64,000 nucleotides of DNA from an uncultured Rickettsiaceae bacterium (GTDB lineage Bacteria > Pseudomonadota > Alphaproteobacteria > Rickettsiales > Rickettsiaceae). The notes under the pieces are model-generated. The model did not search any database and was not told where the DNA came from. It saw only the letters and a program-made list of their open reading frames with translations. Every line of letters starts with the position of its first letter. Position 1 is the stretch's first letter. Made by a program: the position numbers and the translations under genes. The DNA is taken from NCBI GenBank assembly GCA_964468495.1, contig CAYXTI010000016.1, positions 35,487 through 99,486 of the forward strand, in the 5' to 3' direction. This document shows positions 8,856-20,907 of the stretch, piece after piece.

Positions 8856-9710
8856 ATGAAATACATTAAAATTATATTATTTATTCTAACAATGACTATT
8901 TATCATAGTTATAGTGATAATAATGAAGAAGAAAAAAAGAAAATTCAAGAATATATAGAAAATATTATTAAAAACAATGATATAATCTTTAATAGTAAAA
9001 CTCCTAATCAAGAAAAAATTATTAGCATAGGTAATATACTTAAAAAACATTTAGATTTACAATGGATATCAAAATATGTTTTAGGGCAACATAGAAATAA
9101 GCTACTTAAAGAAGAAGTTAATAAATTTACTGAAGTTTATTCAAAATATTTAATTACAAAATTAACTAATTTATTAATAAAATATAGTAAAGAAAAATTT
9201 ATTATTTATAAAATTCAAAAAATAGATAATACATTTTATTCAGTTTTAATAGATATAACACAACCTAAATTCAATAATGTAATAAGAATTGAATATATAA
9301 TACGCAATATTAACTCCGTTTATTTAATATCTGATATAATATATGAAGGTATTAGTATAATTAATAATCATAGAACTGAGTTTAATAACATTATTAATAA
9401 TAACGGAATTAAATTTTTAATTAAGGAATTAAATAAAAAAACAACTGAAATTAATTTTGCTATGATATATAAAGTTCATAATCTAAAAAAAGCACAAGAA
9501 TTTCTTACATTAACTAAGAATAATAACATTACTCTTACTAATGTTGCTGGTAGTTCTAGATATTATGGTATGCGTGTTTTAGACTATATTTTTTATAGTT
9601 TAAAAAAGGAATTTTCTTCAAAAATTAAGAACATTATTGTAGATGTAAAAGGTGATTATCCTTCTTTTATTACAGCAAAAAAGCTAGGATATACTAACAT
9701 CTTATATTAA
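8856..9710 (+). CDS. MlaC/Ttg2D-like phospholipid-binding protein with an about 82-aa C-terminal extension
   Basis: Signal peptide. HLDLQWISKYVLGQHRNKLLKEEVNKFTEVYSKYL and DIIYEGISIINNHRTEF are typical of MlaC. The MlaC-like part ends near aa 196. The extra module starts at Met203 (nt 9462). Confidence 0.75.
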   Translation: MKYIKIILFILTMTIYHSYSDNNEEEKKKIQEYIENIIKNNDIIFNSKTPNQEKIISIGNILKKHLDLQWISKYVLGQHRNKLLKEEVNKFTEVYSKYLITKLTNLLIKYSKEKFIIYKIQKIDNTFYSVLIDITQPKFNNVIRIEYIIRNINSVYLISDIIYEGISIINNHRTEFNNIINNNGIKFLIKELNKKTTEINFAMIYKVHNLKKAQEFLTLTKNNNITLTNVAGSSRYYGMRVLDYIFYSLKKEFSSKIKNIIVDVKGDYPSFITAKKLGYTNILY

Positions 9711-9760
9711 TAAAAATATATAAGAGATATTACAACTGTAATTGTATAAACATAAAACTA

Positions 9761-10027
9761 CTAAAATTTTAACTTTTTAGATAAACGGCTTATTATTCTA
9801 GATGCCGTCCCTTTTTTTATAATACTCTTTACTACACCCTTCATTATCTCAGACTGAGCTCTAATAAAATACTCTTTAGATAATTCCTGAGATTTTAAAG
9901 AACTATCTTGAACTGCTTTTAGAACTTGCTTTATATAAGTTTTAATTTTTGATTTCCTACTTTTATTTATAAAGGTTCTTTTTTTTATCTTCTTTATGCT
10001 ATTCTTAGCAGATAAATGATGCGCCAT
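9761..10027 (-). CDS. rpsT: 30S ribosomal protein S20
   Basis: 88 aa. MAHHLSAKNSIKKIKKRTFINKSRKS is an S20-type N-terminus. Confidence 0.9.
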   Translation of the reverse strand: MAHHLSAKNSIKKIKKRTFINKSRKSKIKTYIKQVLKAVQDSSLKSQELSKEYFIRAQSEIMKGVVKSIIKKGTASRIISRLSKKLKF

Positions 10028-10049
10028 TATAATTAACTTAACCTATCTT

Positions 10050-10475
10050 TTATTTATTATCCTTTATATTGTTATTATCGTTATTAATTTTAGTAACTAC
10101 TCCACCCTTTACTGAATGATCCCTATCAACAAATTCAATATAAGACATTGCAGTTCTATCACCATAACGAAAACCACTCCTTACAATCCTTGTATAACCA
10201 CCTAATCTATTTTTATAACGTACAGCTAAAATAGATATTAATTTTTCGACAGCTTCACTATTATTAATTTTAGAAATAATAAACCTTCTGGTAGAAAGAG
10301 TAGCTTTTCTTGCTTTAGTAACTAACTTTTCAACATAAGGTCGTAACTCTTTTGCTTTATAAATAGTAGTTTTTATTTGTTCATTCATAATTAATGCCAC
10401 AGCCATATTAGCAAACATAGCTTTCCTATGGCTGCTAGTAACATTAAGCTTTCTACCTTTAATTTTATGACGCAT
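10050..10475 (-). CDS. rplQ: 50S ribosomal protein L17
   Basis: [24 protein letters not shown]. Follows rpoA. Confidence 0.95.
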   Translation of the reverse strand: MRHKIKGRKLNVTSSHRKAMFANMAVALIMNEQIKTTIYKAKELRPYVEKLVTKARKATLSTRRFIISKINNSEAVEKLISILAVRYKNRLGGYTRIVRSGFRYGDRTAMSYIEFVDRDHSVKGGVVTKINNDNNNIKDNK

Positions 10476-10536
10476 AACGACTAAATTTAATACCTTAATT
10501 AAAACTTCAATTGTATTTGCTATTAATTTTTAATTA

Positions 10537-10565
10537 AAACCTATATTTTTATATCATATAGGTTT
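10537..10565. repeat. Hairpin (10-bp stem) in the 151-nt rpoA-rplQ spacer
   Basis: aaacctatat / ttttatatc / atataggttt read directly. Confidence 0.5.
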
Positions 10566-10626
10566 ATTTTTATAAATCTATATATTTGCTCTAATAAAAT
10601 TAGAAATGTGTTATAAAGTGCCAGTT

Positions 10627-11643
10627 TTAATATGGCTCATCATATTGTCTTGCTAAATCCTCTACATTTTCAGGTGGCCACCCAGCAACTTCCATTCCAA
10701 ATTTAAGATTAAATTTAGCTAACACTTCTTTAATCTCATTTAAAGATTTTCTTCCAAAATTCTGTGTCTTTAACATTTCAATTTCAGTCTTTATTACAAG
10801 ATCACCTATATAAACTATATTATCATTCTGTAAACAATTTTGTGATCTAACTGACAATTCTAAATGACTAACTTTTTTTAGTAACACAGGATTAAATTCA
10901 ATCAAATTATTAGACTCTGGTTTTTCTTCCTCTTCTTCTTCAAAAGTAATAAAAAGCTGTAATTGATCTTGTATTATCCTTGCTGATAAAGCAACTGCCA
11001 TCTCAGGAGTAATACTTCCATTAGTTTCTATAACCATAACCAACTTATCATAATCAGTATTCTGTCCAACTCTAGTATCTTCGACTTTATATACTACCTT
11101 TTTTACAGGACTAAATAAAGCATCTATAGGAATCACTCCTATAGCTAAGTCAGTATCCCTAGTACTAATAGCTGGAACATAACCTTTTCCTATTGCACAA
11201 AAAAACTCTATATTTAAATTTGTATCTTGTGATAAAGTACAAATAACTTGATCTGGATTTAGAATTTCAACATCACTATTTGTTGTAATCATACCTGCTC
11301 TTACGACACAAGGTCCTTTCGCCTGTAGATAAATAGTACTCTCTGCTGAATTCATTTTTATAATAATTTTCTTAACATTTAATACTATATCTACTAAATC
11401 CTCTTTTACTCCTGCAATTGAAGAAAATTCATGTACTGCTCCCTGAACCTTCATCTTAGTAATAGCAGCTCCTTGTAAAGAAGATAACAATACCCTTCTT
11501 AAAGCATTACCTAAAGTGACCCCATATCCCCTTTCCAAAGGCTTGATAACTACAGTAGCTGAATTATTTTTTATATTATTACTATCATATTCTATCTTAG
11601 ACGGTTTAATTAATGAATTCCAATTTTTACTTAATGATAACAT
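10627..11643 (-). CDS. rpoA: DNA-directed RNA polymerase alpha subunit
   Basis: 338 aa. [18 protein letters not shown] motif and a C-terminal domain containing [11 protein letters not shown]. Confidence 0.97.
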   Translation of the reverse strand: MLSLSKNWNSLIKPSKIEYDSNNIKNNSATVVIKPLERGYGVTLGNALRRVLLSSLQGAAITKMKVQGAVHEFSSIAGVKEDLVDIVLNVKKIIIKMNSAESTIYLQAKGPCVVRAGMITTNSDVEILNPDQVICTLSQDTNLNIEFFCAIGKGYVPAISTRDTDLAIGVIPIDALFSPVKKVVYKVEDTRVGQNTDYDKLVMVIETNGSITPEMAVALSARIIQDQLQLFITFEEEEEEKPESNNLIEFNPVLLKKVSHLELSVRSQNCLQNDNIVYIGDLVIKTEIEMLKTQNFGRKSLNEIKEVLAKFNLKFGMEVAGWPPENVEDLARQYDEPY

Positions 11644-11649
11644 ATATTA

Positions 11650-12033
11650 TTACACTCTTCTTCTTTTTGGAGGTCTAACACCATTATGTGCTACACTTGA
11701 TAAATCAGTAATCGATGTTACAACAAAATTTTGACTAAAGACAGCCCGCATAGCTGACTCTCTTTGAGAACCAGCTCCTTTTACTCTAATAGAAACAGTT
11801 TTAAAACCATGATCTTTAGCTATCTCCGAAGCCTTATCTACTGTTACTTGTGCTGCATAAGGGGTAGCCTTTTTAGCTCCTTTAAAACCATGGGACCCTG
11901 CAGTAGAAAAAGCAACTACATTACCCTGTATATCAGTAAATGTAACAATAGTATTGTTAAAAGTTACCTTAATATGTACAATACCAAGCGTAATATTCTT
12001 CTTTTTTTTAGCTTTTATAACAGCATTCATCAA
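11650..12033 (-). CDS. rpsK: 30S ribosomal protein S11
   Basis: 127 aa. [18 protein letters not shown]...[12 protein letters not shown]. Confidence 0.96.
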   Translation of the reverse strand: MMNAVIKAKKKKNITLGIVHIKVTFNNTIVTFTDIQGNVVAFSTAGSHGFKGAKKATPYAAQVTVDKASEIAKDHGFKTVSIRVKGAGSQRESAMRAVFSQNFVVTSITDLSSVAHNGVRPPKRRRV

Positions 12034-12047
12034 AATATCTTAACATT

Positions 12048-12416
12048 TTATTGTTTTTTTCCGGCAATTGCTAGCGCTTTACCTTTTCTAGTCCTCGCAT
12101 TAGAATGAGTATTTTGCCCACGTACAGGTAGTCTTTTAATATGACGTAATCCTTGATAAGATCGTAAATCTTTCTTCTTTTTTATATTTAAACTAATTTC
12201 CCTACGTAAACTACCTTCTACTTGATAATCATTCTCAATTATATTTCTTAAATCAATTAATTCTTCATTAGACAAATCCTTGATCTTTTTTTGATCACTA
12301 ATTCCAGCCTTTAAACAAATTCTTTTAGCTGATACTAACCCTATTCCATATATATAAGTTAAACTTATTACTACCCTTTTATTATCAGGTATATACACCC
12401 CTGCTATTCTAGCCAT
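12048..12416 (-). CDS. rpsM: 30S ribosomal protein S13
   Basis: [26 protein letters not shown]. Confidence 0.96.
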   Translation of the reverse strand: MARIAGVYIPDNKRVVISLTYIYGIGLVSAKRICLKAGISDQKKIKDLSNEELIDLRNIIENDYQVEGSLRREISLNIKKKKDLRSYQGLRHIKRLPVRGQNTHSNARTRKGKALAIAGKKQ

Positions 12417-12468
12417 AACTTAATAAAAATATAATCAATTAAAATTGGAATTATACAAAAATCTATAA

Positions 12469-13122
12469 CTATGTCAACCACTCTTTACAACATGATAATA
12501 TTTCTTCTGTGATTTCTTTTTTTCTTTGTTTAGCATTAATAACAATAATCTCGCCTTTATCTTTATAATATTCAATTAATGGAATAGCCTCTCTTTTATA
12601 TTCTTCTATTCTAAACAAAACTTTTTCTTCACTATCATCAATCCTACACATAAACTTTGATGATCCACATCTATCACATACCCCTTCTATATTGTGCTTA
12701 TCATTATTTTTATTATATATCTTACCACACGATTCACAATGATATCTTCCTATAATACGATTCTTTACTGTTTGCTCATCAATATCTAATAATATTACTT
12801 TTATTTCTACATTAAAATTTTTAGTTAAATACCTAGCCTGATCTAGATTTCTAGGATAACCATCTAAAATATAAGATTCATCTTTATTATCTAAACAAAT
12901 AAACCTATGTACTATTTCATTTATTAATATGGTTGGAACTAATTTTCCTTTATCCATATAATCTTTTAATAATGAAAATGATGATTCTTTTTTTTTTATC
13001 ATACTCCTTAATATTTCTCCTGTTGATACATGAGATACTGATAATTTTTGTGCTAATACACTGCCCTGTGTTCCTTTACCAGATCCTGGTAACCCTAATA
13101 ATATTATAATTCTCTTTTTCAT
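12469..13122 (-). CDS. adk: Adenylate kinase (Cys4 lid type)
   Basis: GLPGSGKGTQ P-loop. CESCG...CDRCG lid. Position after secY. Confidence 0.94.
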   Translation of the reverse strand: MKKRIIILLGLPGSGKGTQGSVLAQKLSVSHVSTGEILRSMIKKKESSFSLLKDYMDKGKLVPTILINEIVHRFICLDNKDESYILDGYPRNLDQARYLTKNFNVEIKVILLDIDEQTVKNRIIGRYHCESCGKIYNKNNDKHNIEGVCDRCGSSKFMCRIDDSEEKVLFRIEEYKREAIPLIEYYKDKGEIIVINAKQRKKEITEEILSCCKEWLT

Positions 13123-13127
13123 CCCCT

Positions 13128-14417
13128 TTACTTTATTTTCATTTTCTTTACTAAACCCTCATATCTAAAACTAAATAAATAAGTTTGTATTTGAGTAAAG
13201 GTATCAAGTACAACATTAATAACAATTAAAAAACTAGTGCCGCCAAGAGAAAAAGCTATTGAATATTTATTCATAATCCATTCAGGTACTATACAAATTA
13301 TAGATAAATATCCTCCTCCTAATACTGTTAATCTTCTTAATAAATAATCAAAATAATCAGCAGTATTCTTTCCTGGCCTCTTCCCTGGTATATATGCTCC
13401 ATTCTTTTTTAAATTATTTGCTACCTCTTCGCTATTAAAAACTATACTTGTATAAAAAAAACTAAAAAATAAAATAAAAATTATATAAAGTATTATAAAA
13501 AGTGGTTTTCCCCTTCCCAAATAATGCGAAACATTAGACATAAAACTTGAGTGTTGACTAGTAAAATTACTAATAGTTACCGGAAATAATAATATAGAGC
13601 TAGCAAAAATAGGCGGTATTACACCAGCTGTATTTATCTTTAACGGCATATGCGTTGAATCCCCACCATAAACTTTATTCCCTACCTGCCTTTTAGGATA
13701 CTGGACAAAAACCCTTCTTTGAGCCCTCTCGACAAATACAATTAGTCCTATCAATAAAATTACCCCTATACACATAAATAATACTACTAGTATTGATACA
13801 GCCCCTTTACGAGATAACTCAAACATACCAATAATAGCGCTAGGCAATCCTGAAATTATTCCTATAAATATAATTAATGATGTCCCATTACCAATACCTC
13901 TAGAAGTTATTTGCTCTCCTACCCACATCAAAAATATTGTACCTACAACTAATGTTACTACTGTACAAAACTTAAAAAGCACCGAATCTATCACTACAAC
14001 TGGTCCATGCATTGTTACAATGCTCTCTAAACCTATAGCTACTCCATAAGCCTGAAAAGATGCAAATAATACAGTCAAATAACGAGACAATTGATTTAAC
14101 TTCTTTCCTCCTGCCTCTCCTTCTTTTTTTAAATTTTCTAAAGGTTTATAAGCAATTGTTAACAACTGAATCACTATTGAAGAAGTAATATATGGCATAA
14201 TAGCTAATGCAAAAACTGACATCCTTCCGAGAGATCCTCCTGATAACATATTAAACATACCTAAAATCCCTGATTTATTTTGCTCAGTTACACTACTTAA
14301 TGCTATCGAATCTATTCCAGGTATAGGTATATACGATCCTATGCGACATACTACTAACATTAATAAAGTAAAAATAATTTTTTTACTCAATTCATCTTGA
14401 GCCTGAGATTTAATCAT
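13128..14417 (-). CDS. secY: Preprotein translocase subunit SecY
   Basis: 429-aa polytopic ORF between rplO and adk with typical SecY sequence. Confidence 0.96.
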   Translation of the reverse strand: MIKSQAQDELSKKIIFTLLMLVVCRIGSYIPIPGIDSIALSSVTEQNKSGILGMFNMLSGGSLGRMSVFALAIMPYITSSIVIQLLTIAYKPLENLKKEGEAGGKKLNQLSRYLTVLFASFQAYGVAIGLESIVTMHGPVVVIDSVLFKFCTVVTLVVGTIFLMWVGEQITSRGIGNGTSLIIFIGIISGLPSAIIGMFELSRKGAVSILVVLFMCIGVILLIGLIVFVERAQRRVFVQYPKRQVGNKVYGGDSTHMPLKINTAGVIPPIFASSILLFPVTISNFTSQHSSFMSNVSHYLGRGKPLFIILYIIFILFFSFFYTSIVFNSEEVANNLKKNGAYIPGKRPGKNTADYFDYLLRRLTVLGGGYLSIICIVPEWIMNKYSIAFSLGGTSFLIVINVVLDTFTQIQTYLFSFRYEGLVKKMKIK

Positions 14418-14420
14418 ATT

Positions 14421-14888
14421 TTATTCAATATCTAAGATTTGCCCTTCTACTAAATTAATATCCTTCCTAGCTGACTTAGAATATGCATCTAACTGAAATA
14501 TTAATTTAGAAGTTATTTTATCTTTACTACTAACTACTTTTACTGCTAACCTTTGATTTTTTATATATCCCAACTCTTTTAATAACGACTTATTAATTAC
14601 TTGGTTCACATTAAAATCCTTAGATTTAATTAACTTTTCAAAGCTACCTAATTTAACTAACTGATAAATTTTCTTTTTTCTTGAGTTAAAACCCCTTTTA
14701 GGTAATCTTTTAATAATAGGCATTTGACCACCTTCAGACTTGATAGTTACACCAGATCTTGACTTTTGACCTTTTACCCCTCTTCCACAAGTCTTGCCTT
14801 TTCCACTTCCAATACCTCTTCCTACTCTCTTTTTGACTTTTTTCTTTGTCTGTATATTATCTATTAAACTATTAAGCTTTATCATCAT
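14421..14888 (-). CDS. rplO: 50S ribosomal protein L15
   Basis: [28 protein letters not shown]. Confidence 0.95.
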   Translation of the reverse strand: MMIKLNSLIDNIQTKKKVKKRVGRGIGSGKGKTCGRGVKGQKSRSGVTIKSEGGQMPIIKRLPKRGFNSRKKKIYQLVKLGSFEKLIKSKDFNVNQVINKSLLKELGYIKNQRLAVKVVSSKDKITSKLIFQLDAYSKSARKDINLVEGQILDIE

Positions 14889-15091
14889 TCTAATATATTT
14901 TCAATCTTTACTAAATGCCCTACCTTTTTAATCATCCCCCTAATAGCAGGAGTATCTTTTAAAATACTAATATTATTTATTCCATTTAATCCAAGACCAA
15001 TTAAAGTTCTACGTTGTTTATAAAAACATCCAATAACACTTGATATTTGTCTTACTTTAATAAGATCTTGCTTTTTACTATTTTGGTACAT
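14885..15091 (-). CDS. rpmD: 50S ribosomal protein L30
   Basis: 68 aa between rpsE and rplO. 4-nt overlap with rplO. Confidence 0.88.
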   Translation of the reverse strand: MYQNSKKQDLIKVRQISSVIGCFYKQRRTLIGLGLNGINNISILKDTPAIRGMIKKVGHLVKIENILE

Positions 15092-15133
15092 ATATAATCA
15101 CTATTTAACATTCTATTATCATAAAACTGGTCA

Positions 15134-15637
15134 TTATTTAAGCTGTTCTATAGTTTTTCCTCTTCTATTTGCTATCTCTTGAGGAGTTGAAATCTTCTTT
15201 AAGGCATCAAAAGTCGCCATTATTAAAGAATTAGAAGTTGATGATCCTAATGATTTAGCTACAATATCTACTACCCCTAATCTTCCAAATATTGATCTCA
15301 TTGCGCCTCCAGCAATAACCCCAGTCCCTGGAGATGCCTTACGTAAAATTACTTTTGCTGCTCCACTTTTTCCTATTATATCATGATGTATTGTCCTATT
15401 TTCATACAATGACACTGATAATAAATTCTTCTTAGCATGTTTTGCCGCTTTAGCCTTAGCTTCTATCACCTCTTTTGCTTTGCCTTTTCCATATCCTACT
15501 TTTCCATTTTCATTTCCTACTACCACTACTACTGAAAATGAAAAATTCCTACCACCTTTGACTACCTTAGTTACTCTATTTATATGAACTAACTCTTCTG
15601 TTAAACTTTCATTATTTTTAGTAAAATTCTTAGACAT
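15134..15637 (-). CDS. rpsE: 30S ribosomal protein S5
   Basis: [24 protein letters not shown]. Confidence 0.96.
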   Translation of the reverse strand: MSKNFTKNNESLTEELVHINRVTKVVKGGRNFSFSVVVVVGNENGKVGYGKGKAKEVIEAKAKAAKHAKKNLLSVSLYENRTIHHDIIGKSGAAKVILRKASPGTGVIAGGAMRSIFGRLGVVDIVAKSLGSSTSNSLIMATFDALKKISTPQEIANRRGKTIEQLK

Positions 15638-15653
15638 TCAATCTTTCCAAAAT

Positions 15654-16010
15654 TTAAAATTCAAGTTGCTTTCTAGCTTCATCAGCTAATGCCTTTATTA
15701 TTCCATGGTATTTATAACCACTTTTATCAAATTGTACATATTTAACAGATTTTTCCACCGCTCGCTGAGCTAACAATTTACCAACAGCTATAGCACTTTT
15801 AATATTACAATTTGATTTCTGTTTCTGTTTTATTACCTTTTCAAGAGATGAAGCAGTAACAATAGTTAAATTCTTATTATCATCTATTATCTGTGCATAA
15901 ATATACTTTCTAGACTTAAAAATAGACAACCTTTGACGATTAGAAATCTTTTTTAACTTAACTCTAATCCTATTCCTTCGTTGATAAAAACTATTTTGTT
16001 TTTTTTGCAT
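15654..16010 (-). CDS. rplR: 50S ribosomal protein L18
   Basis: 118 aa. RLSIFKSRKYIYAQIIDD. Operon position. Confidence 0.94.
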   Translation of the reverse strand: MQKKQNSFYQRRNRIRVKLKKISNRQRLSIFKSRKYIYAQIIDDNKNLTIVTASSLEKVIKQKQKSNCNIKSAIAVGKLLAQRAVEKSVKYVQFDKSGYKYHGIIKALADEARKQLEF

Positions 16011-16049
16011 TATTTAATCATTCTCCTCTACTAATAGTTCACACATTTA

Positions 16050-16586
16050 CTAACCTTTTTTCCCTTCTTTTCTTTGCATATATTCATTAACTTTTCTAAT
16101 ACCTTTACCTTTATAAGGCTCTACTACTCTTTGCCTTTTAAGTAAAGCAACATATTCCCCTAACTTTATTTTATCTATAGATTCTATAGCAATTAAAGTT
16201 TGCTTAGGTAAACTAACTTTTATTCCTTCAGGAATAGCAATCTTTGTATTATGGCTTTTTCCAAGAGTTAAATTTATATACTTATTACCTTGCAAAGATG
16301 CTCGATAACCTACTCCATTAATTTCTAATTCCTCTTTAAAACCCTGCGTTACTCCAATTATCATATTATTAATAATACTTCTAGCTGTCCCCCACATAGC
16401 TTTAGCTCTAAGACTAGTATCTAAAGGTTTTACTATAACTGAATCATCTAATAACTTAATTGAAATATTATCAATAAATTGTTTTTCTAAAACACCTTTA
16501 ACCCCTTCTACTTTTACCAATAAACCAGAAACTGTTACGACAGTACCATTTGGGATAAAAACTGGAACCTTACCTATTCTCGACAT
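16050..16586 (-). CDS. rplF: 50S ribosomal protein L6
   Basis: MSRIGKVPVFIPNGTVV. Confidence 0.95.
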   Translation of the reverse strand: MSRIGKVPVFIPNGTVVTVSGLLVKVEGVKGVLEKQFIDNISIKLLDDSVIVKPLDTSLRAKAMWGTARSIINNMIIGVTQGFKEELEINGVGYRASLQGNKYINLTLGKSHNTKIAIPEGIKVSLPKQTLIAIESIDKIKLGEYVALLKRQRVVEPYKGKGIRKVNEYMQRKEGKKG

Positions 16587-16596
16587 TATACCTACT

Positions 16597-16989
16597 CTAA
16601 AATACTTTACAAATTATTTCACCACCTACATTTTGTTTTTTTGCTTCTTGATCAGACATAACCCCCCTAGACGTAGACAAAATATATATACCCATATTAT
16701 TATAATAACCAACTAAATTCCTTATAGATGAGTATATCCTTTTTCCAGGCTTTGAAACTCTTTTAATTACATATATTGCTGGTTTTTCTGATTTTAAATA
16801 TTTTAACTTTATCTCAATTAATTTATTTTTGCTATCAATTATGTAATCAATAATATAACCCTCTAATTTTAAGACATCTAAAATATTTATCTTGAATTTT
16901 GATAAAGCAACACAGGTTGTTAATAATTTAGCTTTTTGTGCATTTCTAATTCTTGTTAACAGATCTGCTATATTATCACTCATTGACAT
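16597..16989 (-). CDS. rpsH: 30S ribosomal protein S8
   Basis: [17 protein letters not shown]. Confidence 0.96.
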   Translation of the reverse strand: MSMSDNIADLLTRIRNAQKAKLLTTCVALSKFKINILDVLKLEGYIIDYIIDSKNKLIEIKLKYLKSEKPAIYVIKRVSKPGKRIYSSIRNLVGYYNNMGIYILSTSRGVMSDQEAKKQNVGGEIICKVF

Positions 16990-17065
16990 AATAAATCTTC
17001 CTTTCTTTAAACTACTGTTAAAACATATTTAATATAATTATTACCATCTAAATAAACTATTTAAA

Positions 17066-17371
17066 TTACCAACTTGATTTTATCACTCCTGGTAATAAAC
17101 CATAACTAGCTAACTCTCTTAATTTATTTCGAGATAAATTAAATTTTCTATAATATCCTCTTCCCCTACCTGTGATACTGCATCTATTTCTTATTCTATT
17201 TTTAACAGAATTTCTAGGAATAGCTGCTAATTTAAAAACTAGTTTCATTCTCTGCTCTATTGATAAATCTTTTTTATAAATTTGTTCCTTAAGCTTCATA
17301 CGCTTTGTTGCAAACAACTTCACTAATCTTTTTCTTTTGTTATTTCTTTCTATTACCGCAACCTTTGCCAT
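17066..17371 (-). CDS. rpsN: 30S ribosomal protein S14 (long, non-zinc form)
   Basis: 101 aa ending in LPGVIKSSW. No CxxC pairs. Confidence 0.94.
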   Translation of the reverse strand: MAKVAVIERNNKRKRLVKLFATKRMKLKEQIYKKDLSIEQRMKLVFKLAAIPRNSVKNRIRNRCSITGRGRGYYRKFNLSRNKLRELASYGLLPGVIKSSW

Positions 17372-17383
17372 ATTTTCTTATAT

Positions 17384-17926
17384 TTAATTATAAAAAGGTA
17401 AATTAAATTGAGATAAAAGAGCTTTACCTTCTTCATTTTTTCTTGCACTAGTAACTATTACTATGTTCATTCCTCTAACCTTATCTATTTTATCATAATT
17501 AATTTCTGGAAATACTATCTGCTCCTTTAAACCAAAACATAAATTTCCTCTTCCATCAAAATTACTCGAAGAAAAACCTTTAAACTCTTTTACTCTTGGT
17601 AACGCAATAATAGCTAATCTTTCTAAAAATTCATACATTTTATTCTTTCTTAAAGTAACTTTACAACCTATTTTCATACCTTCACGCAACTTAAATGCAG
17701 CAATAGATTTCTTAGCAGTAGTAATATAAGGCTTTTGCCCTGTAATTAATGATAAATCATTTACAATATTACTCATCACTTTAGAGTCGTTACCAGCATC
17801 CCCTGCTCCTATACTAACTACTATTTTTAATAATTTAGGTATTTGATAAAAATTCTTATATTGAAACTTTTGATTTAAATACTTTACTATATGCTCTTCA
17901 TATAATTTTTTAAACCTAACCAGCAT
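17384..17926 (-). CDS. rplE: 50S ribosomal protein L5
   Basis: 180 aa. Operon position between rplX and rpsN. FDGRGN motif. Confidence 0.95.
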   Translation of the reverse strand: MLVRFKKLYEEHIVKYLNQKFQYKNFYQIPKLLKIVVSIGAGDAGNDSKVMSNIVNDLSLITGQKPYITTAKKSIAAFKLREGMKIGCKVTLRKNKMYEFLERLAIIALPRVKEFKGFSSSNFDGRGNLCFGLKEQIVFPEINYDKIDKVRGMNIVIVTSARKNEEGKALLSQFNLPFYN

Positions 17927-17929
17927 AAC

Positions 17930-18253
17930 CTAGCCTTTTTTTATTATTAAATTACTTCTTTTTTCAAATCTCACTTTTTTTCCTTTTTCATCTATTTTAT
18001 AACCTATCTTTGTAACCATATTTGCTGAACTATCAATATAACCAACATTAGAAATATTAATTGGTAATTCTTTAGTAATTATCCCACCTTCACTAGTTTT
18101 ACTCGGTTTAGTATGTTTCTTAACTAAATTTACTCCTGATACAACAACCTTTTTTTCCTTTAATAATACTCTTAATACTTTACCTATTTTCCCTTTATTA
18201 CTACCAGATATTACTTTTACTCTATCACCTTTAATTATTCTTAATTTACTCAT
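17930..18253 (-). CDS. rplX: 50S ribosomal protein L24
   Basis: IIKGDRVKVISGSNKGKIGKV (KOW motif). Confidence 0.94.
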   Translation of the reverse strand: MSKLRIIKGDRVKVISGSNKGKIGKVLRVLLKEKKVVVSGVNLVKKHTKPSKTSEGGIITKELPINISNVGYIDSSANMVTKIGYKIDEKGKKVRFEKRSNLIIKKG

Positions 18254-18257
18254 TTGC

Positions 18258-18626
18258 TTAAATTACCTCTTCCGCTAAAGATACAATTTTTATAAAACCC
18301 TTGGCTCTTATCTCTCTTGGAATAGCTCCAAATACCCTTGTTCCTATAGGCTCATTTTGTTTATTTAAAAGAATAACAGCATTGCTATCAAATCTTATTC
18401 TACTTCTATCAGGCCTAACTATGCCATTCTTAATTCTAACTATCAACGCCCTACATACCTCACCTTTTTTTACTTTTCCTCCTGGATTTATAGATAATAC
18501 AGATACTACTACTACATCAGCACAAGTTGCTATCATTCTATAAGATCCACCCAATACTTTAATACACATCACCTTTCTAGCGCCAGAATTATCAGCAACT
18601 TTTAATATACTCTGCATTTGAATCAT
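18258..18626 (-). CDS. rplN: 50S ribosomal protein L14
   Basis: [28 protein letters not shown]. Confidence 0.97.
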   Translation of the reverse strand: MIQMQSILKVADNSGARKVMCIKVLGGSYRMIATCADVVVVSVLSINPGGKVKKGEVCRALIVRIKNGIVRPDRSRIRFDSNAVILLNKQNEPIGTRVFGAIPREIRAKGFIKIVSLAEEVI

Positions 18627-18678
18627 AACTTACTTTTCTCAACAAATAAAAATTAACCTATATTTTCAATACTATTTT

Positions 18679-18903
18679 TTATAAAACCACCCAAGTCTTA
18701 GTCTTAGAGACTGGTCTAGATTCAATAATTTTTACTAAATCTCCAACTTTACACTTCTCATACTGATCATGAGCAGCGTATTTTGATGATCGCATAATAA
18801 TCTTCTTATAAATAGGAGCAGAAAACCTTCTCTCAACACGTACTACAACTGTTTTCTTATTCTTTGTACTTTCAACTATACCTTGCAATATTCTCTTAGG
18901 CAT
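18679..18903 (-). CDS. rpsQ: 30S ribosomal protein S17
   Basis: 74 aa. [27 protein letters not shown]. Confidence 0.95.
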   Translation of the reverse strand: MPKRILQGIVESTKNKKTVVVRVERRFSAPIYKKIIMRSSKYAAHDQYEKCKVGDLVKIIESRPVSKTKTWVVL

Positions 18904-19117
18904 TACTAAATCTCCATTCTTTTCTCTTTACTAATTCAGTCTTTATTTTTGCTATATCACGTTTAATTTTTACAAATTTACTAGTATTTTTTAAATCACC
19001 TAATTTCTTTTGACATCTTAAATTAAACAATTCTTTTTTAAACAATAACAACTGTTCATACAACTTAACCGAATCTATTTTTTCTATCTTTTTTTTAATA
19101 TAATCTGACTTACTCAT
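18896..19117 (-). CDS. rpmC: 50S ribosomal protein L29
   Basis: 73 aa. [12 protein letters not shown]. 8-nt overlaps with both neighbours. Confidence 0.9.
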   Translation of the reverse strand: MSKSDYIKKKIEKIDSVKLYEQLLLFKKELFNLRCQKKLGDLKNTSKFVKIKRDIAKIKTELVKRKEWRFSNA

Positions 19118-19520
19118 ATCTTTTTACTATTTTAGTCCTAACTGGCAACTTAGCACTAGCTAATTCTAACGCTTTCCTAGCTACTAATTCTCCAATTCCA
19201 TCAATCTCAAACATTATCCTTCCTGCAGACACTCTTGCAACATAACAATCTAATGACCCCTTTCCTTTTCCCATTCTAACTTCATTAGGTTTTTTTGACA
19301 CAGGAATACTAGGAAAAATTCTAATAAAAAAACTACCCTGCCTTTTCATATATCTAACAGCAGCTCTTCTAGCTGCTTCTATTTGTCTTGCAGTTACCCT
19401 TAAAGAATCAATTGATTTTAATCCAAATGTTCCAAAATTCAACATTGTCCCTCCCTTTGATTTTGGAGCAACTCTTCCTTTATGCATTTTTCTAAATTTT
19501 TGCTTTTTTGGCTCCAACAT
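19110..19520 (-). CDS. rplP: 50S ribosomal protein L16
   Basis: [16 protein letters not shown]. Confidence 0.96.
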   Translation of the reverse strand: MLEPKKQKFRKMHKGRVAPKSKGGTMLNFGTFGLKSIDSLRVTARQIEAARRAAVRYMKRQGSFFIRIFPSIPVSKKPNEVRMGKGKGSLDCYVARVSAGRIMFEIDGIGELVARKALELASAKLPVRTKIVKRYE

Positions 19521-19569
19521 ATATTTTCTCTTTTAATTTCGTTTGATTAAATTATATATATATTTTTTA

Positions 19570-20208
19570 TTAAAACTTTTTTTCACCTCTATATATCCAA
19601 ACTTTTACTCCTATCACACCATATGTAGTATGAGCTTCAGAATTTGAATAATCTATATCTGACCTTAAAGTATGTAAAGGAACTCTTCCCTCTTTATACC
19701 ATTCCTTACGAGCTATTTCTACCCCTCCTAATCTTCCTGAAGTTGAAATTTTAATTCCTAATCCACCTTGTTTCAAACAATTTTGTATACTAGTTTTCAT
19801 TGCCTTTCTGAAAGATACACGGTTTTCTAATTGAGATGCTATCCCTTGAGCCACTATCTGAGCATCAAGAAAAAATTTGGTAACTTCATGAATATTAATA
19901 AATAAATTATTTAATTTTATAATCTTTAATATATCTTTTTTTAACAATTCAATATCAGCACCACTTTTACCTATAATTATTCCAGGCTTTTTAGCATATA
20001 TATTAATAACACAACTACCACTTGCTCTTTTAATTATAATTCTACTAACCTGAGCAGCTGTATATTTTTTATTAATTAATTTTCTAACCGCTAAATCTTC
20101 TAACAATTTTTTACTATAATCCTTTTTTTCAGCATAAAAAATAGATCCCCATTCTTTGCTTAATGTCGGAGAAACCCTAAATCCACAAGGATTAACCTTC
20201 TGCCCCAT
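19570..20208 (-). CDS. rpsC: 30S ribosomal protein S3
   Basis: [14 protein letters not shown] domain. Confidence 0.96.
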   Translation of the reverse strand: MGQKVNPCGFRVSPTLSKEWGSIFYAEKKDYSKKLLEDLAVRKLINKKYTAAQVSRIIIKRASGSCVINIYAKKPGIIIGKSGADIELLKKDILKIIKLNNLFINIHEVTKFFLDAQIVAQGIASQLENRVSFRKAMKTSIQNCLKQGGLGIKISTSGRLGGVEIARKEWYKEGRVPLHTLRSDIDYSNSEAHTTYGVIGVKVWIYRGEKKF

Positions 20209-20209
20209 A

Positions 20210-20560
20210 TCAATCTTCCTCTTTTTCAGATACAGTTAAATACAAATTACTAAAAGGCTTCATAATTCTAGCATTACGACCTCTTGCTCTTACTCTCATC
20301 CTTTTCATTACAATTGCTTTCCCTACAGTAGCTGTATTAATAAATAATTTATCAATATCTAATCCCATATTATTTTCAGCATTAGCAATCGCTGCCTGCA
20401 CACATTTTCTTACATCAATTGCTATCCTCTTTTTAGAAAAAGTTAACTGCTTTATTGCTTCTGAAACTTTCATCTTTCTAATCATTGTAGCAACTAAATT
20501 TAATTTTTGAGTACTAATCCTCAATTTTTTAACAGAAGCCTTTACTATTACATCACTCAT
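20210..20560 (-). CDS. rplV: 50S ribosomal protein L22
   Basis: 116 aa. Operon position between rpsS and rpsC. Confidence 0.93.
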   Translation of the reverse strand: MSDVIVKASVKKLRISTQKLNLVATMIRKMKVSEAIKQLTFSKKRIAIDVRKCVQAAIANAENNMGLDIDKLFINTATVGKAIVMKRMRVRARGRNARIMKPFSNLYLTVSEKEED

Positions 20561-20608
20561 TTCCTTTGCTCAACCTAAATAACTTTAAAATACACACCAT
20601 AAAATAAA

Positions 20609-20887
20609 CTACCCCCTTTTTGCTTTCTTATCAGCACTATGCCCATAGTAAGTTCTAGTAGGAGCAAAAACTCCTAATTTATAACCAACCATCTCTTCTG
20701 TAACACTTACAGGGATAAATTTCTTACCATTATGAACTGCAAAAACATACCCTACAAACATAGGTAATATCACCGATCTTCTTGACCAAGTCTTTATTAT
20801 ATTTTTTTTTCCAGATTCCATTGATTCCCTAATTTTTTTAAGCAAATACCCATCAACAAAAGGACCCTTCCAAACTGATCTTGTCAT
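20609..20887 (-). CDS. rpsS: 30S ribosomal protein S19
   Basis: [18 protein letters not shown]. Confidence 0.96.
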   Translation of the reverse strand: MTRSVWKGPFVDGYLLKKIRESMESGKKNIIKTWSRRSVILPMFVGYVFAVHNGKKFIPVSVTEEMVGYKLGVFAPTRTYYGHSADKKAKRG

Positions 20888-20907
20888 ATCATTTACTCCT
20901 AATTAAC

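Noticed and set aside
11516-12108. Two plus-strand ORFs (72 and 114 aa) across rpoA, rpsK and rpsM.
   Set aside because: They are antisense to highly conserved ribosomal and RNAP genes and have no motifs.
18301-18543. 80-aa plus-strand ORF inside rplN.
   Set aside because: Antisense shadow ORF.
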